A stretch of DNA of 64,000 nt from a virus, in IMG/VR virus record IMGVR_UViG_3300033388_006651, positions 64,001 to 128,000 of that record. The stretch is one strand, 5' to 3'. Position 1 is the first letter of the stretch; the number at the start of each line of letters is the position of its first letter. The position numbers and the translations under genes were made by a program. Below are positions 7,687-15,464 of the stretch, in pieces. The notes below the pieces were generated by a model, which did no database searches, had not been told where the DNA came from, and saw nothing but the letters and a program-made list of their open reading frames with translations.

Positions 7687-7837
7687 GGAACGCAGGACCC
7701 TCGTTCGAAGGTCACAAGCAAAAGGTAAAGACATCTGTTTTTCACACAGAAGACTGCGAGTTCGATTCTCGCCTTCCCCGCCATTTATGGGGAAGTGGTC
7801 ATAAGACGCACTCACCCCGCACACTCTCCTGCGTTCC
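7687..7837 (+). ncRNA. CACAAGC-module RNA carrying a circularly permuted tRNA-Glu(UUC)
   Basis: Outer stem GGAACGCAGGA/TCCTGCGTTCC; tRNA 3' part (7724-7783, ends GCCA) precedes the 5' part GGGGAAG-TG-GTC (7789-7804). Confidence 0.8.
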
Positions 7838-7854
7838 TTAATTTTCACCCTAAT

Positions 7855-7937
7855 CCCAGCGCCTCGTAGAGCGAGGCACACGACAGCAGCTTCGCTTCGA
7901 GGCGAAAATGGCAGGCGACCGGACGGCCTGTGGGATC
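7855..7937 (+). ncRNA. putative multibranch structured RNA
   Basis: ATCCCA/TGGGAT closing stem around three hairpins. Confidence 0.4.
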
Positions 7938-7998
7938 AAACAACCGATTTTTCTCAACCCCAACTTCAACCCCCAACGAACAGAAAGGACCGAGCACG

Positions 7999-8136
7999 AT
8001 GAACATCGAAAACGATGACTGCGATGATGTAGATGATACCTACGGAGCAGTGGCGCAGTTGGTAGCGCACTCGGTTGTCAGCCGAAAGGTCGCCGGTTCA
8101 AGTCCGGTCTGTTCCGCCAAGGGGGTGTTGGTCTAG
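7999..8136 (+). promoter_or_regulatory. Asp-rich leader ORF MNIENDDCDDVDDTY... reading through tRNA-Asp
   Basis: GAAAGGA RBS; 6 Asp in 8 codons directly before tRNA-Asp; stop inside the second tRNA-Asp. Confidence 0.75.
8044..8119 (+). tRNA. tRNA-Asp(GUC)
   Basis: TTGTCAG loop; GCCA end. Confidence 0.92.
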
Positions 8137-8198
8137 TTGGTTATGACGCTTCCCTGTCACGGAAGAAATCGCGGGTTCAAGTCCCGCACATCCCGCCA
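8122..8198 (+). tRNA. tRNA-Asp(GUC)
   Basis: CTTCC CTGTCAC GGAAG; GCCA end. Confidence 0.95.
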
Positions 8199-8204
8199 TT
8201 TTTT

Positions 8205-8279
8205 AGTCCTGTAGCTCAGTGGAAGAGCATTCCCGTCACATGGGAGAGGCCATCGGTTCGACCCCGATTGGGACTACCA
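8205..8279 (+). tRNA. tRNA-Val(CAC)
   Basis: TTCCC GTCACAT GGGAG; ACCA end. Confidence 0.88.
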
Positions 8280-8288
8280 AGAAAACAT

Positions 8289-8363
8289 AGCTCCGTAGCT
8301 CAGTGGCAGAGCAACACCTCGACATGGTGAAGGTCGTCGGTTCGATCCCGACTGGGGCTACCA
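8289..8363 (+). tRNA. tRNA-Val(GAC)
   Basis: ACACC TCGACAT GGTGA (C33); ACCA end. Confidence 0.88.
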
Positions 8364-8422
8364 ACACAACAAGTTACTAAGACACAAGGCCCTCCGTTCC
8401 ATTTTGTGCTACGCTCAGAAGA

Positions 8423-9097
8423 GTGAAGCCGGACAAACAAAAAGAGGCGCGTAGACTGCGTAAGCAGGGCCTTTCTTTGAGTGAGATCGTTACCAAAATT
8501 GGATGCGCAAAAAGTTCGGTTAGCCGCTGGACCCGGGATATCCCTCTCACTAAGACTCAAGTCAAAAACCTTCGACGAAAGGAAGATCAAGGACGACTTA
8601 AAGGCCGTATTGCAGCCGCTACCCATCCCAACTCTCCGAAACAGGTGTGGGCTAAAAAACGAGATGAAGCACGTCAAAAAGGGCACGAAGAGATTTCCCG
8701 GATCGATGACATCTCTCTCAAAATACTCATCGCGGCACTGTACTGGGGGGAAGGGTCAAAGGGTCGTAACAGTTTTTCCATAGCGAACACGGACCCTGCA
8801 ATGGTCCGCCTTATTGCCGCCTTTCTTCGAAAACATTGTCAAGTTCCTGAAGAGCGCCTTCGTTTTCGCGTCTACATTCATCCTCATTTGAGTCTCCGAA
8901 AAGCTCGTATTTACTGGGCTAAAATTGCAGGAACCTCCCCTAAAAATATCGCATCCACCACCGCTGTAAGCTCAGCTAGCCAAGGAAAGAAGGACTCGTG
9001 CCCTTACGGCACTTTTCAAATCACGTACTGTGACACCCTGTTTCGGTCTCGCATAGAAGGCTGGATGGATGCCTTGAAAGAACAGATACCGGGTTAG
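8423..9097 (+). CDS. HTH plus LAGLIDADG-like endonuclease inserted in the tRNA-Val cluster
   Basis: N-terminal HTH (GLSLSEI..KSSVSRW), ALYWGEG..F.IANTDP motif; more AT-rich codons; stop lies inside tRNA-Val(UAC). Confidence 0.7.
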   Translation: MKPDKQKEARRLRKQGLSLSEIVTKIGCAKSSVSRWTRDIPLTKTQVKNLRRKEDQGRLKGRIAAATHPNSPKQVWAKKRDEARQKGHEEISRIDDISLKILIAALYWGEGSKGRNSFSIANTDPAMVRLIAAFLRKHCQVPEERLRFRVYIHPHLSLRKARIYWAKIAGTSPKNIASTTAVSSASQGKKDSCPYGTFQITYCDTLFRSRIEGWMDALKEQIPG

Positions 9098-9161
9098 CTC
9101 AGTGGTAGAGCGCTGCCCTTACAAGACGGATGCAAGAGTTCAATTCTCTTACCCGGTACCA
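9088..9161 (+). tRNA. tRNA-Val(UAC)
   Basis: CTTACAA loop; ACCGGGT/ACCCGGT-ACCA. Confidence 0.9.
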
Positions 9162-9201
9162 GACCTCAAACCTCAACCTCTAACCACGAAAGGAACCGAC
9201 C

Positions 9202-9264
9202 ATGGAAAAAGAAGACAGCGACATTAGCGACATTATCTACTCGGCCCGTGGTCCAGTCTGGTAA
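9202..9264 (+). promoter_or_regulatory. Ile-containing leader ORF MEKEDSDISDIIYSARGPVW* reading into tRNA-Ile
   Basis: GAAAGGA RBS; ATT, ATT, ATC codons just before tRNA-Ile(GAU); stop in the D-loop. Confidence 0.65.
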
Positions 9265-9316
9265 TGGATGTCGCTCTGATAAGGCGAAGACGGAGGTTCA
9301 AATCCTCCCGGGCCGA
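9242..9316 (+). tRNA. tRNA-Ile(GAU)
   Basis: TCGCT CTGATAA GGCGA; CGGCCCG/CGGGCCG-A. Confidence 0.9.
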
Positions 9317-9326
9317 CCGACTACAT

Positions 9327-9403
9327 GGACGTGTAGCTCAGTTGGTTAGAGCGCAGCCCTGATAAGGCTGAAGTCGAAAGTTCAAATCTTTCTACGTCCA
9401 CCA
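9327..9403 (+). tRNA. tRNA-Ile(GAU)
   Basis: CAGCC CTGATAA GGCTG; ACCA end. Confidence 0.95.
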
Positions 9404-9424
9404 AGAGATTTCCAAAACACATAT

Positions 9425-9499
9425 AGCGGGATGGCGCAGTCAGGTAGCGCGCTGGGCTCATAACCCAGAGGTCGTCGGTTCAAATCCAACTCTCCGCTA
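9425..9499 (+). tRNA. tRNA-Met(CAU), initiator-like
   Basis: CTGGG CTCATAA CCCAG with three G-C pairs; small acceptor-stem irregularity. Confidence 0.88.
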
Positions 9500-9505
9500 C
9501 TAAGG

Positions 9506-9663
9506 GCAGTAGAAGTCTGCTTGCGAAATATCTCCCTTCACCGGGAAGAGACGCTAGCGAACAAAACTTCATCCTCGCAACGGAGTTGAGGGGAGAGCAG
9601 TAGGAGATCTGCTTGCGACAATAGGCCCCGTAACTGGGTATCGAAGATAGCGAACAAAACTCC
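9506..9663 (+). ncRNA. tandem pair of a structured RNA motif (GCAGTAG..TCTGCTTGCGA-hairpin-TAGCGAACAAAACT)
   Basis: Two copies, 9506-9570 and 9597-9663, with conserved flanks and different central hairpins. Confidence 0.65.
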
Positions 9664-9672
9664 AACACTTGA

Positions 9673-9750
9673 CGCGGGTTGGGGAAGTCCGGCCATCCCG
9701 GTGGGCTCATAATCCACAGACCCTCGGTTCAAATCCGAGACCCGCTACCA
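9673..9750 (+). tRNA. tRNA-fMet(CAU)
   Basis: C1-U72 mismatch, CTCATAA loop, ACCA end. Confidence 0.92.
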
Positions 9751-9809
9751 AATCCAGTTCGACAGTGTGCGCCCGTGCGAGCCGAACCGAGTGTAGAAAC
9801 GGGCCTCAT

Positions 9810-9887
9810 GCCAGAATAGCTCAGTTGGTTAAGAGCGCTCCCCTCATAAGGGAGAGGTCATCGGTTCAAATCCGATTTCTGGTACCA
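9810..9887 (+). tRNA. tRNA-Met(CAU), elongator or Ile2 type
   Basis: CTCCC CTCATAA GGGAG; ACCA end. Confidence 0.9.
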
Positions 9888-9904
9888 CAAGAAACCAAGA
9901 AGCC

Positions 9905-10018
9905 ATGAACATCCACCTGAAACAGTTGCCCATCGGCACGGCCAGTCGCATCTCGTTGTTTGCGGCCGGACAGGTGTGTTCTGCCTATCTCCCCAATCTG
10001 GAGACAGGTAGCGGATAA
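9905..10018 (+). promoter_or_regulatory. 37-aa leader peptide of a putative attenuator
   Basis: MNIHLKQLPIGTASRISLFAAGQVCSAYLPNLETGSG* just before alternative terminator/antiterminator pairings. Confidence 0.55.
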
Positions 10019-10041
10019 CCCTCAGCTCGATCATGGCGCCT

Positions 10042-10077
10042 AAAAGCCCGTCGAGCTCCCTGCTCGCCGGGCTTTTT
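10042..10077 (+). terminator. intrinsic terminator (attenuator)
   Basis: AAAAGCCCG-TCGAGC..GCTCG-CCGGGCTTTTT; AGCTCGA at 10024 can sequester the 5' arm. Confidence 0.75.
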
Positions 10078-10245
10078 CGTGCTCGGGCCAAGGATCAACG
10101 GCCCTCTCGAGCCCTTTTTCGCCAAACCCTCCCTGGGCCCTCCTTTTCGGACATTTTCACGAACTTTTCACGAACCAAACCAACCACGGGGTACAAGGGA
10201 CGAGCCCGAGTGCTCTGCTTTTCACGAATCAGGACAGACAAGCCA

Positions 10246-12114
10246 ATGGACAACAAAGAAACACTCGGACCCGCAGAGACCATCATCCAGTCACTGCTGG
10301 CCTACTCAGATCACATCTACCACGGCCGCCCCGGCGTCGTGGTGCCCGACGCGCGATCCACGACCGGAGTGCGATGGGACCCCGTCACCCACAAGGTCGG
10401 AGAGGACGGCGTCAAGACCGTTCTTCGCCTCACGCGAAACGGCAAGAAGACCATTCGTACCGAGATCGGCACGATGAACGGCGACAATCGTGTGAAGAAC
10501 GCGGGTGCCGATGTCGGCCTGTACCGCAAGAGCGGCCTCTTCCCAGAGGTTGCCCTGTGGTTCTACAAGCAGATCGCTGAGGTGTGGACGCTCGACAACG
10601 AATTCGCTGCTCGGTGGGCGTCGTACGCCTTCCGTCAGGAGCACCGTGACCTCAAGGTCATGCTCGCTGCGTTCATGCTCGTTCAGTCGCGTAAGGGCGA
10701 CCCCGTCATGGACGGGGGTGAGCGTCTGTTCGACGACGAGGACTACCGTGACGTGGGCGAGGCCATGGTCCTTCTCCTTGAGAAGGGCAACGACCTCAAC
10801 CCGAAGCTCCTGCTTCGGATCTACGATGTCCTGAACCTGCCCGAGATCGCAAAGATCAACCACGAGCTCGGCTTCGGCAAGTCCGCCAAGCGTCCGTTCC
10901 TCGGTCGTTGGCCCAAGGCGATCGACAAGTACCTTCGGTACCGCGAGGAGAACCCGAAGCTGCTCGAAGGGCTCGTCAACAAGGCTGCTTTCGGCAACAC
11001 CGTCAAGACTCTGGCTCGGCGTATCGGCTACAAGCCAACGTCCGACAAGTTCTTCGCTACCCTACGCTGGAAGCAGAAGCAGGCTGAAGACGGGCGTCGT
11101 GAGATGGCCATCGGTAAAGCCGTGAGGGCTGCTGAGTCGTGGGATCACCTCGACGAAGCCGGTGTTTGCGAGCTCATCGAGAAGAACAAGCCTGGCTGGA
11201 AGCGGATCGTGGGTCTCCTTCCTGCGAAGATCGGGGTCACCCGTGCGGTGATGGCTGCGACCATCGAGTCGGGCGGTCTCTCGGACAAGGATCTCATCAT
11301 CCTCACTCCAACGATCGAGGATCTTGGTCTGTTCAAGGTCCAGGAGATCAAGGCGCGTCATGCTGCGGCTCTCGCCAAGGCAAGCGACATGCGTGCGGCT
11401 AACATCGCCCGCAACGTTCGGTCCAAGGATCTCAAGGAGGAGATGGAGACCGGTGCCGACAAGGCAGCTCAGAAGGCTGCTGAGGAGGTCATCAAGAACC
11501 TGCGCCTCTACGTCGTCATCGACCGTTCGGCGTCGATGCAGGGAGCACTGGAGAAGGCGAAGCCACTGATCGCCAAGCTCATTCAGGCAATCCCAGCCGA
11601 GCGTCTGCACGTTTCGACGTTCAACACGATCGGTAAGGTGATCACCTTCAAGCACCACTCGACCGCTGGGGTCGAGGCAGCTTTCCGGGGCGTCAACGCC
11701 GGAGGGGGCACGGTGCACGCAGAAGGTGTTCGGGTTCTGGCTCAGTTCCCGCCTGCGGCAGACGAGGACTCCCTGATGATCTTCATCGGGGACGAGGGCG
11801 AGCGTCGGCACTTTGCCGAAGCTGTGGAGGCATCTGGTCTCCGTCCCCTGGCCTTCGGGCTCCTCGCCACGGTGGGTCCTCGTTGGGGTCGCGGTCAGGC
11901 GATTCGGGACACGGCTGCTCGACTGGACATCCCGTGCTTCGAGATCGATGACCGCACCTTTGATGGCGACCCGTACGCCATCCCGCGTACGATCAGGAAC
12001 CTGATCGCGGCTACCCCTGTGGGGGTGAACACCGGTCGTCGCGTCGTCCCGCGCGTGACGCTGGTGGGTCAGATCCTGGAGACCGAGATTCTCCAGAAGC
12101 CCAACTGGGCATAG
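10246..12114 (+). CDS. Ro60/TROVE-like protein with C-terminal vWA domain
   Basis: Long basic helical N-terminal region plus VIDRSASM MIDAS, GGGT, FIGDEG; the Ro60 relationship is inferred from architecture and ncRNA context; start reassigned to 10246. Confidence 0.6.
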   Translation: MDNKETLGPAETIIQSLLAYSDHIYHGRPGVVVPDARSTTGVRWDPVTHKVGEDGVKTVLRLTRNGKKTIRTEIGTMNGDNRVKNAGADVGLYRKSGLFPEVALWFYKQIAEVWTLDNEFAARWASYAFRQEHRDLKVMLAAFMLVQSRKGDPVMDGGERLFDDEDYRDVGEAMVLLLEKGNDLNPKLLLRIYDVLNLPEIAKINHELGFGKSAKRPFLGRWPKAIDKYLRYREENPKLLEGLVNKAAFGNTVKTLARRIGYKPTSDKFFATLRWKQKQAEDGRREMAIGKAVRAAESWDHLDEAGVCELIEKNKPGWKRIVGLLPAKIGVTRAVMAATIESGGLSDKDLIILTPTIEDLGLFKVQEIKARHAAALAKASDMRAANIARNVRSKDLKEEMETGADKAAQKAAEEVIKNLRLYVVIDRSASMQGALEKAKPLIAKLIQAIPAERLHVSTFNTIGKVITFKHHSTAGVEAAFRGVNAGGGTVHAEGVRVLAQFPPAADEDSLMIFIGDEGERRHFAEAVEASGLRPLAFGLLATVGPRWGRGQAIRDTAARLDIPCFEIDDRTFDGDPYAIPRTIRNLIAATPVGVNTGRRVVPRVTLVGQILETEILQKPNWA

Positions 12115-12125
12115 GAGTAAACCTC

Positions 12126-13058
12126 ATGGGATGGAGAGACCTAATCACAACCAAGGAGGAGACCACCACTCTTCCGTGGACCGGAGGACGGTCTCTCCAC
12201 TCCGGGTCCCGAACCTTCAAGCTCGGGGCCCGGCCTCGGGACTTTGGCTGGTACACCTTCGACCTCGAAGGCAACAAGGCCAAGGACCCGAAGCCCGCTG
12301 ACCCAGTTCCTGAGATTCTCAAGAGCTCCGTCAAGGGCTATCTGGTCGGGGACCGTCTGGTCCCCGATGACACCCGGATCGATCCCGACCCGGCCAAGAT
12401 CATCAACTACTCGGAGAAGGTCTACCTCCTTCCCGAAGAACTCGACCGGTTCTCGCGTGTGCGAGCCGGCCGCATTTACCCCGAGGGGCCTCTCATTTTT
12501 CTTGAGCAGGAATTCCCCCTCGGCCCCGAGGACGAAGTCATGGAAGCATTCTTCGACAACAAGATCAGCACCTTCGGTATCCGAAGCGTCGCGCCCGCAC
12601 TCGATGCGGCTTTCCGTATGGAGGTCTACCAGCGTCAGCAGGCAGAGTTCCGTCGGCAAGAACTGATCCGGCTTCGTGCCGAGGAGGAGGCACGTCTTGC
12701 CAAGGAGGAGCGCCGCAAGGAGATGATCGAGAAGCTCGGGGATGGCGCTGGCCGTCGTGCGATGGCCCAGGAAAACTTCGGTGAAGCCGCTCGGGCTGCC
12801 CTCATGGTCGGTGGTGCTCAGTACCTCGACCACCGAAAGGGAGGGCGTAAAGGTGAATGGGTCGTCAAGTATCGCGTCGATGGGCAACGCCTTGAGTGCG
12901 TGTGCGACACCAACCTCCAGATCATCGACGCAGGCGTTTGCCTTGTCGATCACGGAACCAACGAAAAGGGCGACACCTACTTCACCCTCGAATCACTGCC
13001 TGCGGTCATCCGTCAGGCCATCCGCGAGCACAAGCTCGTCGTATGGAGACACATCTAA
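12126..13058 (+). CDS. hypothetical protein of the vWA-JAB-Ubl-E1 operon
   Basis: AGGAG RBS; coiled-coil middle; ECVCD..DAGVCL C-terminal region. Confidence 0.75.
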   Translation: MGWRDLITTKEETTTLPWTGGRSLHSGSRTFKLGARPRDFGWYTFDLEGNKAKDPKPADPVPEILKSSVKGYLVGDRLVPDDTRIDPDPAKIINYSEKVYLLPEELDRFSRVRAGRIYPEGPLIFLEQEFPLGPEDEVMEAFFDNKISTFGIRSVAPALDAAFRMEVYQRQQAEFRRQELIRLRAEEEARLAKEERRKEMIEKLGDGAGRRAMAQENFGEAARAALMVGGAQYLDHRKGGRKGEWVVKYRVDGQRLECVCDTNLQIIDAGVCLVDHGTNEKGDTYFTLESLPAVIRQAIREHKLVVWRHI

Positions 13059-13633
13059 TGGAATTCAAAGACATCAACATCAAGGCCGTCGGCACCGAGG
13101 TTCTCCTCGTGGGCGGCGTCTGGGCTGGCCAGGGTCAGACCTTCGTGTGCCTGTATCCGCAAGAGGAGCAGGAAGGGGACGTTCACGTCCTCGACATGAC
13201 CCGCGAGGATTGGGCCGCACTGCTTCGGCAGTCGGACCTGATGGAGACGGAAGTTCTGGCGAAGGCCGAGGACGGAAAACTCTACAAGGCCATCGCTCGC
13301 AAGAGCCAACGCAACATCGACCAGGGCACTTCCTGGAACGTGTTCCGACGGGACGGGTACGCCTGCCGCTACTGCGGCAACGACAAGATCCCCCTTACCG
13401 TGGACCACCTCGTGCTCTGGGAAGAGGGCGGTCCTTCTCTCGAGGAGAACCTCCTGTCCGCTTGTCGCAAGTGCAACAAGGTGCGTGGCAACACGCAGTA
13501 CGCGGACTGGCTCAAGCACCCCTTCTACCTGGGGAAGTCCAAGAACCTGACGCCCGAGGTCCGAGCCGCCAATGAGGCGATCCTCGGGACTCTCGACGCC
13601 ATCCCACGGCACACCAAGAAGAGGAAGCGATAG
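13058..13633 (+). CDS. HNH endonuclease
   Basis: VFRRDGYACRYCG...TVDHL...GG....NLLSAC.KCN; start at ATG 13058. Confidence 0.85.
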   Translation: MEFKDINIKAVGTEVLLVGGVWAGQGQTFVCLYPQEEQEGDVHVLDMTREDWAALLRQSDLMETEVLAKAEDGKLYKAIARKSQRNIDQGTSWNVFRRDGYACRYCGNDKIPLTVDHLVLWEEGGPSLEENLLSACRKCNKVRGNTQYADWLKHPFYLGKSKNLTPEVRAANEAILGTLDAIPRHTKKRKR

Positions 13634-13635
13634 TC

Positions 13636-14007
13636 ATGATCGAAACAGGTCTAGTCGTAACTGACGCTGGTCCCGTCTACTGGCACCTGCCGCGAGGCAG
13701 GACCGGTGGCAGCCTTCCCGACAGCCGCTCGCTGTGGGACGTGCTGTGGGAACTCCGTAGGGAACCGTTCCTGGGAGTCGCCCACAGCCATCCGGGCTCG
13801 GGAATTCCCGGGCCGTCCATGACGGACATCACTACCTTCTCCGGGGTCGAGCTCGGGCTTGGCCGTCGGCTCACCTGGTGGATCACCAGCTCATCACACA
13901 TGATCGGCCTGAACTACGCAGGACCGACCAAGTACAACTACAACTCTTTCCCCGTGAAGGAGCCCTACTGGGCTGCGCAACTGCGGGAGTTCTCGAAAGG
14001 ACAATGA
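13636..14007 (+). CDS. JAB/MPN+ metalloprotease
   Basis: N-terminal E (ETG) and HSHPGSGIPGPSMTD JAMM motif. Confidence 0.85.
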   Translation: MIETGLVVTDAGPVYWHLPRGRTGGSLPDSRSLWDVLWELRREPFLGVAHSHPGSGIPGPSMTDITTFSGVELGLGRRLTWWITSSSHMIGLNYAGPTKYNYNSFPVKEPYWAAQLREFSKGQ

Positions 14008-14267
14008 ACATGGAAAACAACGAAGCACGCGTCAACATCACCTACGGGGGGAACAACGGGGATCTCCCTGACCCCGTCCTGTTCGACTCCACTGATGGCG
14101 ACATCAAGGGGTGGATCACGGAAGCTGTCGCAGGGGGTTCCGTCCCCGGTATCCCGGCGGACGGCAACGTGGATTTCACGGATTTCGTCGTGGATCGCTT
14201 CTCGGCTAACGCTGAGCGCGACTACAATTTAATTCAGATAAGACCTAAAACTCCATTCGGGTGTTGA
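14004..14267 (+). CDS. ubiquitin-like (beta-grasp) protein
   Basis: About 87 aa with a beta-beta-alpha-beta-beta pattern ending IRPKTPFG-C, between JAB and E1. Confidence 0.65.
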   Translation: MNMENNEARVNITYGGNNGDLPDPVLFDSTDGDIKGWITEAVAGGSVPGIPADGNVDFTDFVVDRFSANAERDYNLIQIRPKTPFGC

Positions 14268-14280
14268 CCGAAGACACCGT

Positions 14281-15243
14281 TTGGTCTACGATCAAACGGT
14301 GCCAGAAGATCTCGACCTGGATGCTCTCGTGAGCCGGTACGAGGAGGGGGCGAGTGCCGCTTCTCTCGGCCGGGATTTCGGGGTCAGCACCTGGACGGTT
14401 CTGAACCGTCTCAGGGGTGCTGGGATCCGTATTCGTTCCAACAAGGAGCAGAACGAGAAACGGCTCGATCTGGATGAGGTGCAACAGCGGCGTCTCGTTG
14501 AGATCGTAGACGGGCTCCTCCTTGGAGATGGGTCCATTGATCCCAAAGGGAGTTTGCGCATCGAACAGACTCAGGACCATTTGGGTTGGTTCGATTCGAT
14601 CCAACAAGCCCTTGGGAGTGTCGGGGCGGTTTCGCGACGCACCCCTGTCGCACCTCGCGTCCGTTTCATTAAGGATCATGAGGCGCACGGCAAAGGAGGC
14701 GCCGTCTTTTACACGCCCTGCTACGTTGAGCTCCAAGAGCAGCGGCAGCGGTGGTATCCGAAAGGAAAGAAGCGCGTCCCCGAGGATGTGCTCCTCACGC
14801 CTCTAAGCATTGCCTACTGGTTCTGTGGGGATGGTTCCTATGACAAGCCGGGATCGCTCGTGTTCTACACCAACTCTTTTTTCAAGAAGGAGACAGAGCG
14901 TTTGGCTCGGGGCCTTACCAAGCTCGGTGTTCGGGCCCGGTGTCGTCCTGTGGGACAACACCGATACCGCGAATGGAAAATCCACATCCTTCGGCGTGAC
15001 GATGCCCTGCGGCTTCGTGAACTGATGGGGGATCATGTGCCGGAGTGTTTCCAGTACAAGTTCGTATACGTCCGAGCGGCCATTCCACCAGGTTCTACGA
15101 CCGCTAAGCTGACTTTCACGCAGGCCCAGGAAATCCGGGAGCGTACAAAGAACGGGGAAACCCAGACGGCGCTGGCCAAGGAATTCGGGGTCTCCCAAAC
15201 CGCGATCCGCCAGATCGTTCGCGGGAAAGTCCACAAGCCATGA
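14281..15243 (+). CDS. free-standing LAGLIDADG homing endonuclease with HTH domains
   Basis: GLLLGDGS and AYWFCGDGS motifs; WYPKGKK.VP. Confidence 0.85.
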   Translation: MVYDQTVPEDLDLDALVSRYEEGASAASLGRDFGVSTWTVLNRLRGAGIRIRSNKEQNEKRLDLDEVQQRRLVEIVDGLLLGDGSIDPKGSLRIEQTQDHLGWFDSIQQALGSVGAVSRRTPVAPRVRFIKDHEAHGKGGAVFYTPCYVELQEQRQRWYPKGKKRVPEDVLLTPLSIAYWFCGDGSYDKPGSLVFYTNSFFKKETERLARGLTKLGVRARCRPVGQHRYREWKIHILRRDDALRLRELMGDHVPECFQYKFVYVRAAIPPGSTTAKLTFTQAQEIRERTKNGETQTALAKEFGVSQTAIRQIVRGKVHKP

Positions 15244-15464
15244 AACCCAAACACGAGAAAACTCTTGAGGTAGCAAAGCGCTGCCTGGAGTACCCGGAGA
15301 CAGAGCTGAGCCGTTTGGAGATCAAGAACCTCTTACTCTGTTACAGAGATGCAATAGAGAGCCGCTACGAGACTTGGGAGATCGCTGAGGCTTGGGACAC
15401 GGATAGTCCGATGGGCACGTTGAGGCGGTTGGGACAGAACCGAGAAAAGGAAATGGGAACGTGA
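15240..15464 (+). CDS. hypothetical protein
   Basis: ATGA-coupled 74-aa ORF. Confidence 0.5.
   Translation: MKPKHEKTLEVAKRCLEYPETELSRLEIKNLLLCYRDAIESRYETWEIAEAWDTDSPMGTLRRLGQNREKEMGT

Noticed and set aside
10033-10245. Upstream start of the vWA ORF
   Set aside because: It runs through the terminator hairpins; ATG 10246 has an AGGA RBS.
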